From positions 1 to 30,803 of the IMG/VR virus record IMGVR_UViG_3300038675_000500: a DNA stretch of 30,803 nt, one strand, 5' to 3'. Position numbers and translations under genes: made by a program. Within the stretch, counting starts at the first letter, position 1; the number at the start of each line of letters is the position of its first letter. The notes beneath the pieces were generated by a model. It was given only the letters and a program-made list of their open reading frames with translations. It ran no database searches and was not told the DNA's origin. This stretch comes from a virus. Lineage: Duplodnaviria > Caudoviricetes. This document shows positions 26,398 to 30,803 of the stretch, one piece after another.

Positions 26398-27315
26398 ATG
26401 AACAACGACGAACAACTAGAGGAAATCCAAGAAGAAGAACTTCAGGAAGAGGAGATTCAAAAGCAGGACGAAGATCAGGACGAAGATCAGGACGAAGATC
26501 AGGACGAAGATCAGGACGAAGATCAGGATGAGGATCAGGATGAAGATCATGATGAAGATCAGGATGAGGATCAGGACGAGGAGAAGCAAGATGATTCTCC
26601 AGTGAAGAATGACCCGGTCTTTGATAGATTGAAAGATTTTCGGGAACAGATTGACTCCGATGCAGAAACGCCGGAAGAATTACTGACAGACCTGGAAACG
26701 TGGGTACGGAGTAATATTGAGGCGAACAAAAAAGTTGTCGAGGTCCTAACTGAACAACCAGAAATCGGCAATATCATTCGAGATATGTCTAAGGGGGCAA
26801 CGTTTTCAGAGGCCTTGGCACGTCATGTTGATATTGAGGCGCTAAAACCAGAGGAGGGAGATCCTGACTTTGCTGCATGGGAGAAGGCTAAGAAGGAACG
26901 GAAAAAGCGACAACGTCAGATGCGTGAATATGAGCTTCAGATCGCCAAAAATCGGGAGGAATCAATCAAAAATATTACGTCATTTCGCTCATCTAAAAAG
27001 TTATCTGAGAGCGAGATGAACAAGTTTACTGAGAAACTCCAGGAGACCTTATCCTGTGTTATGGATGGTTCTATCACCCAGGAATTTCTCGATCTGATGT
27101 GGAAAGCTCTAAATTTTGAGACCGCCGTGAATGAAGGTCGAATCCAGGGTGAAATCAGGGGACGCAATACCAAGATCGAAGAGATCAAAGGGAAGGATCA
27201 GAAGACCGATGGTTTACCGCATTTACAAAGTCAAGGAACAGTTGAGAAGAAGAAAGTTGATGAAGTGGCTAAAAGCATAGTGACATTTCAGAAAAACAGA
27301 AGACGATTTGATTAA
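26398..27315 (+). CDS. Putative head scaffolding protein
   Basis: Very acidic N-terminus, coiled-coil middle and basic C-terminus, directly upstream of the capsid gene. ATG at 26398 follows a strong SD. Confidence 0.7.
   Translation: MNNDEQLEEIQEEELQEEEIQKQDEDQDEDQDEDQDEDQDEDQDEDQDEDHDEDQDEDQDEEKQDDSPVKNDPVFDRLKDFREQIDSDAETPEELLTDLETWVRSNIEANKKVVEVLTEQPEIGNIIRDMSKGATFSEALARHVDIEALKPEEGDPDFAAWEKAKKERKKRQRQMREYELQIAKNREESIKNITSFRSSKKLSESEMNKFTEKLQETLSCVMDGSITQEFLDLMWKALNFETAVNEGRIQGEIRGRNTKIEEIKGKDQKTDGLPHLQSQGTVEKKKVDEVAKSIVTFQKNRRRFD
26464..26583 (+). repeat. 12-bp tandem repeat x10 (CAGGACGAAGAT) encoding QDED
   Basis: Five exact copies followed by five variant copies, read directly from the sequence. 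Confidence 0.95.
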
Positions 27316-27331
27316 CCTTTAATTATTGAAA

Positions 27332-28696
27332 ATGAGAACAATTATTAAGTATTTTTCCGCCTTGGCCACCTTATCGTTGGCCGTTGTTGGCATACTCACC
27401 GTGGCTGGGGTTATTGACCTCAACGCCCTGATGGATATGTTGGGGAATGGGGGAGCTATCTTGGCTGTTGCTGGGTCAGCTGCTGTGATTGCTGAAACCC
27501 CTATTGACACTACTAAAACAAGCAGCGCAAGTTCTGAGCTACTGATGAGCGATATCTCTCAGGCTATTACTATTATGCGCCCTGATCTGTATCCTCTCGA
27601 TACCATGCTTCGCAGGGTCGGGTCCGCCGAAACTATTAAGAGTTGGGAATTCGAATGGTATGAGACCGATTATCGGGGATGGGCTGATACCCTAGCCTCA
27701 CCGTTTGACACATCTTCAAGCGGGACTTATAATTCTAACAACAAGGTTCATACTCTCACGGTTACCAATATTCATTTCTGGGTAATCAATGATACATTTA
27801 TGATTCCTGCTTATGATGATACGGAGAATGATGGTCCAATTCAGGGCATTGTGGTTAGCAAGAATAGCTCGACCAATTCCATTGGGGTAGTTATTGTTGG
27901 TGGTGGTGATCTTCCTGATATGGCTTCTGGAACCAAGATTATCCGGATGGCTCCGGCCAAGAGTGAACTTGACGCTCAAACGGCTCAATACGGTGTTATG
28001 CCTCAGAAAGAATCGAATTACGTTCAGATTCACATGAAGCAGGTTGAGGAAGGAATTTACCAGCGTTACCACAAAAAAGAGGTGAACTGGACGATGAATG
28101 ACCTCAAAGCTGCTGCTATGGAGGATCACCGAAGAGGCGCTGAGTTTACCTCTATCTTCGGGAAGAAAGGGAAGACCTATGATCCTGAAGTTGAAAACTA
28201 TAAGTACACCACGAACGGTCTGATTCGGTACATCTCTAAGAGTATTGATTATACTGAAAGTCCTACTAATTCGAATACGGAATTCCTTCGGATTACCAAA
28301 AGCATTTTTACTGGTAATGCAGGATCGAAGACTCGTTATGTATTTGGTGGGTCAGAATTTATGGAATGGCTTGCCTCGGTCGATTCAGTTTCCCGCCAGC
28401 GTGATGCAGGATCCGTGAAGGAGCAGTTTGGGATTACCTTTGACAGGATCCAGACTAATTACGGAACCCTGATGGTTCTGTATCATCAACTCTTAGACGA
28501 TTGGGATCCACAGAAAGCTATGGTACTTGATATGAATAACGTCTATCGTAAAGAATTCAAGAACCTCGGCCTTCGTCAGGTTGACCTGATTAAGAGTGGA
28601 CAGCGACTGACCAATGCAACAGTGATCGAAGAGATCTTTGGATTGGAAATTCGTTATCCGCTGACTCATGCAATTTTAACTCCGGCTTCATCTTAA
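27332..28696 (+). CDS. Major capsid protein (SU10/DUF5309-like) with hydrophobic N-terminal leader
   Basis: Follows the scaffold. DISQAITIMRP..YPL, FEWYE, NYVQIH, DHRRGAEFTSIFG, YTTNGL, IQTNYGTL and GLEIRYP.TH fit this capsid family. ATG at 27332. Confidence 0.8.
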   Translation: MRTIIKYFSALATLSLAVVGILTVAGVIDLNALMDMLGNGGAILAVAGSAAVIAETPIDTTKTSSASSELLMSDISQAITIMRPDLYPLDTMLRRVGSAETIKSWEFEWYETDYRGWADTLASPFDTSSSGTYNSNNKVHTLTVTNIHFWVINDTFMIPAYDDTENDGPIQGIVVSKNSSTNSIGVVIVGGGDLPDMASGTKIIRMAPAKSELDAQTAQYGVMPQKESNYVQIHMKQVEEGIYQRYHKKEVNWTMNDLKAAAMEDHRRGAEFTSIFGKKGKTYDPEVENYKYTTNGLIRYISKSIDYTESPTNSNTEFLRITKSIFTGNAGSKTRYVFGGSEFMEWLASVDSVSRQRDAGSVKEQFGITFDRIQTNYGTLMVLYHQLLDDWDPQKAMVLDMNNVYRKEFKNLGLRQVDLIKSGQRLTNATVIEEIFGLEIRYPLTHAILTPASS

Positions 28697-28713
28697 TAAG
28701 GCCTTTTGCCTTC

Positions 28714-28765
28714 TCTTTTAGTTCGCCCTGGGCGGGATAAACTCCGCCCTTGGCGAATTAGAAGA
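28714..28765 (+). promoter_or_regulatory. Long GC-rich hairpin after the capsid gene (mRNA stabiliser, processing site or weak terminator)
   Basis: TCTTTTAGTTCGCC-ct-GGGCGG...CCGCCC-tt-GGCGAATTAGAAGA, with no 3' U-tract on the + strand. Confidence 0.6.
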
Positions 28766-28791
28766 TAATCATCGAAATTAAAAGAGAAATT

Positions 28792-29265
28792 ATGCCTATT
28801 AAAAAATACGAATCGAACTATGACGAAGAATCCTTGGTCCTACACATTGATGGCAAGGATACTCGCATAGAGTTTAAGGGTGGAGGCCGATATCCATTTA
28901 AGCATGGCGGAGTTTATATCACCGAGAACCCGAAAATTCAAAATGCCCTAGAAGCAAGGAGAGACTATGGGCGTAGGTTTAGAGTGGTTGACTCATATAT
29001 GACCCGTTCAGAACAGGAAAAACAGAACAGGGAGGTCCTGGATGATCTCGCTAAACTCCCGACAAAAAAAGCTGAACCACAAGAACCTATTAGGAAAATG
29101 GTAGAATCAAGCATCAAAACCGTGGATGAGGTAAAAAACGCTATTGAAGCAAGAGACTATATCCTCAAGAATTTCCCGGGGACGGTGTTTAAGGAGGTCC
29201 AAAGTAAAACTCTGATCTTAGACTTTGCAAAAACGCATAATGTAACATTCCCTAACTGGAAATAA
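28792..29265 (+). CDS. Hypothetical phage protein, 157 aa
   Basis: Clean ORF in the structural operon with an A-rich leader. The stop overlaps the next ATG. Confidence 0.8.
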   Translation: MPIKKYESNYDEESLVLHIDGKDTRIEFKGGGRYPFKHGGVYITENPKIQNALEARRDYGRRFRVVDSYMTRSEQEKQNREVLDDLAKLPTKKAEPQEPIRKMVESSIKTVDEVKNAIEARDYILKNFPGTVFKEVQSKTLILDFAKTHNVTFPNWK

Positions 29266-29927
29266 TGGAAAGAGAAGAGATCATAACCAAGGTAAAGCTA
29301 CGCTGTGATGAGCTTGGCCCGTTTGAAACAGGTCAAGTCATTGATCCTGGTGAGATCGACCATCTATTGAATGATGCCGTTAAGAGACTGCTCTTGGTCA
29401 TTCCTCCTTATGTTCCTACGCCAGAGTCTTTCCTCCCTGATTCAGGAGAGGTTCCAATTCCAGATCCGGAGACAGGAGGAAGCCCTGGTATTGTTTATGG
29501 ACAGGGAGTTCCTTATGACGAGCATACTGGATATATACCACTACCAAGTGATTTCTTGCGATTGGTAAGCCTTAAGATGACGTGTTGGGAAAGATCTGCT
29601 ACCAGAACGATTACCGAAATGGATCCTCTTTACACAAGACAGAGAAATCCATACATTCGGGGCAGTCATACTAAACCTGTGGTAGTGCTTCGTTATGAGC
29701 CCGGGATCGGGAAAGTATTAGAGTATTATTCAGTTACTAATAATGACCATAGAATCTCAAAGGGCCTTTATATTCCGCTGGTATTACCTGAAGAACTTGA
29801 GGATGAACTGATTGATCCGCTTTCCTGGTTAGTAGCTGCAATACTTCTGGACACTAAGGCGGAATATGATGCTGCTAAGGCAGCGAATCAACGGCTTGTC
29901 GAATGGATTAACTCGGTTATGCTATGA
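29265..29927 (+). CDS. Putative head-tail adaptor protein
   Basis: Helical N-terminus (IITKVKLRCDE...LLNDAV), IPLPSDFLRLVSL and C-terminal DPLSWLVAA..L are typical of podovirus adaptors. Position is consistent. Confidence 0.6.
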   Translation: MEREEIITKVKLRCDELGPFETGQVIDPGEIDHLLNDAVKRLLLVIPPYVPTPESFLPDSGEVPIPDPETGGSPGIVYGQGVPYDEHTGYIPLPSDFLRLVSLKMTCWERSATRTITEMDPLYTRQRNPYIRGSHTKPVVVLRYEPGIGKVLEYYSVTNNDHRISKGLYIPLVLPEELEDELIDPLSWLVAAILLDTKAEYDAAKAANQRLVEWINSVML

Positions 29928-30274
29928 TCGATATCATACAAGGAGAAACTCAGAAACTAACGTTTAATCTTCAGACCGAAACTGGGGAACAAGTAGATCC
30001 AGCTAGCTTGAGTCAGATCACGGTTGAGTTTTATCATGAAGGTGGTAGTCGGGTATTGGCGAAATACGCCTATCCTTCATTGCCTGGATATCGTACCGGT
30101 GCATTAGACTCTGAAAATAAAACGGTAATATTCTATATCGAAGGTGCTGATACTAGGCTCTTCCCAATGGGAAGGATTATCGGTCGAGTAACCATGAAAA
30201 TGGTCGATGCCAATTATGTGGATGGGTTTAATATACGAAAAGCTCGTGATGCAATTTTTAATGTTTTATCCTAA
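29924..30274 (+). CDS. Small beta-rich structural protein (BppU-N/Ig-like)
   Basis: IIQGETQKLTFNL...G..VD...IEGADT pattern, coupled to the tail-fibre ORF. Confidence 0.6.
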   Translation: MIDIIQGETQKLTFNLQTETGEQVDPASLSQITVEFYHEGGSRVLAKYAYPSLPGYRTGALDSENKTVIFYIEGADTRLFPMGRIIGRVTMKMVDANYVDGFNIRKARDAIFNVLS

Positions 30275-30803
30275 TGGATGTAGCGAGAATTATTATTCAG
30301 AGCGATGATCAGCTGGTTTCCAGTATTAATGTCTTTGGTGGCAGTCAGAATCTTAGGATTATTTTTGAAGATTCTGATGGCCATTTTATTCTAAATATCT
30401 CATCCGAGAGTATTCAGGATACTGGTCCTTTGGATAATTATGTCTCAAAATATCTATTTGACGCCAATACCATCCTTGCTGCTAATCTGAACAATAGTCC
30501 AATAGCCCTTGAGATACCGGAATCCACATTGATTGGTCGTCTTTCTGGTGGTATTATTCAACCCCTTTCTGCTACCCAGGTTAAGGAGTTACTAAATATA
30601 TCGGGAGAAGGCTTTGCTAATCCTATGACAGCAACAGCAGATCTTATTGTAGGTGGCCCTCTAGGTGTGGCGAGTAGGTTAGCTAAGGGTAGCGCAAATC
30701 AGGTCTTAAAGATGAGCTCTGATGGCAACTCCATTGAATGGGCTACTTATTCTGGTAGTGGCGATGTTTCTGGCCCGGCCTCGAGCACGGATAATGCCAT
30801 TGC
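30274..30803 (+). CDS. Putative tail fibre protein, 3' partial (not in the ORF track)
   Basis: Open to the window end: MDVARIIIQSDD...NPMTATADLIVGG..GVASRLAKGSANQVL...EWAT..GSGDVSGPASSTDNAI. These are Gly/Ser-rich fibre-type motifs. Confidence 0.75.
   Translation, partial: MDVARIIIQSDDQLVSSINVFGGSQNLRIIFEDSDGHFILNISSESIQDTGPLDNYVSKYLFDANTILAANLNNSPIALEIPESTLIGRLSGGIIQPLSATQVKELLNISGEGFANPMTATADLIVGGPLGVASRLAKGSANQVLKMSSDGNSIEWATYSGSGDVSGPASSTDNAI

Larger units (their letters stand above)
1..30803. mobile_element. Tailed bacteriophage or prophage genome segment (packaging and structural region)
   Basis: Terminase large subunit, portal, scaffold-like, capsid-like and tail-fibre-like genes are present. 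No host housekeeping genes, integrase or att site are visible, so free phage versus prophage cannot be decided. Confidence 0.95.

Noticed and set aside
26464-26583. Tandem repeat as a CRISPR array
   Set aside because: The 12-bp units have no spacers and lie in-frame within a coding sequence.
15450-29568. Short alternative-frame ORFs inside portal, epimerase, GT, terL, scaffold and capsid genes
   Set aside because: They are nested in well-supported genes and have no recognisable features.
1-30803. Stop-codon reassignment, diversity-generating retroelement, tRNA genes, integrase/att sites
   Set aside because: Genes are full length in the standard code, with TAA, TGA and TAG all used as stops. 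No reverse transcriptase, TR/VR pair, cloverleaf or recombinase was seen by eye.

Overview
This window is a 30.8 kb fragment of a tailed phage or prophage genome with podovirus-like architecture. A Bacteroidota host is inferred from a TAnnTTTG-type promoter and mostly AT-rich, SD-less start regions. Block 1 (+ strand) holds a giant polyvalent virion/ejection-type protein of at least 4895 aa, open at the left edge. Its modules are a strawberry-notch-type SF2 helicase, an N6-adenine methyltransferase, two zincin-like metallopeptidases, tandem RadC/JAB domains, an ADP-ribosyltransferase-like module and an LPD38-like C-terminus. It is followed by a P22-like portal and a metallophosphoesterase. Block 2 (- strand) starts with a small protein and the terminase large subunit, then runs through tightly coupled genes into a soluble sugar-modification cassette: Gfo/Idh/MocA oxidoreductase, GT4+GT2 fusion, GT-A enzyme, minimal Stealth-like phosphotransferase and WecB/WbpI-like UDP-sugar 2-epimerase. 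Block 3 (+ strand) encodes a scaffold, a major capsid protein with a hydrophobic N-terminal leader, adaptor-like proteins and the start of a tail fibre. The best candidate for an undescribed system is the terminase-coupled glycan/phosphoglycan cassette, plausibly for virion glycosylation. Non-coding finds are a candidate ~75-nt antisense-oriented sRNA and a ~120-bp IS200/IS605-like end remnant. All family calls come from motif recognition by eye; no database searches were run.
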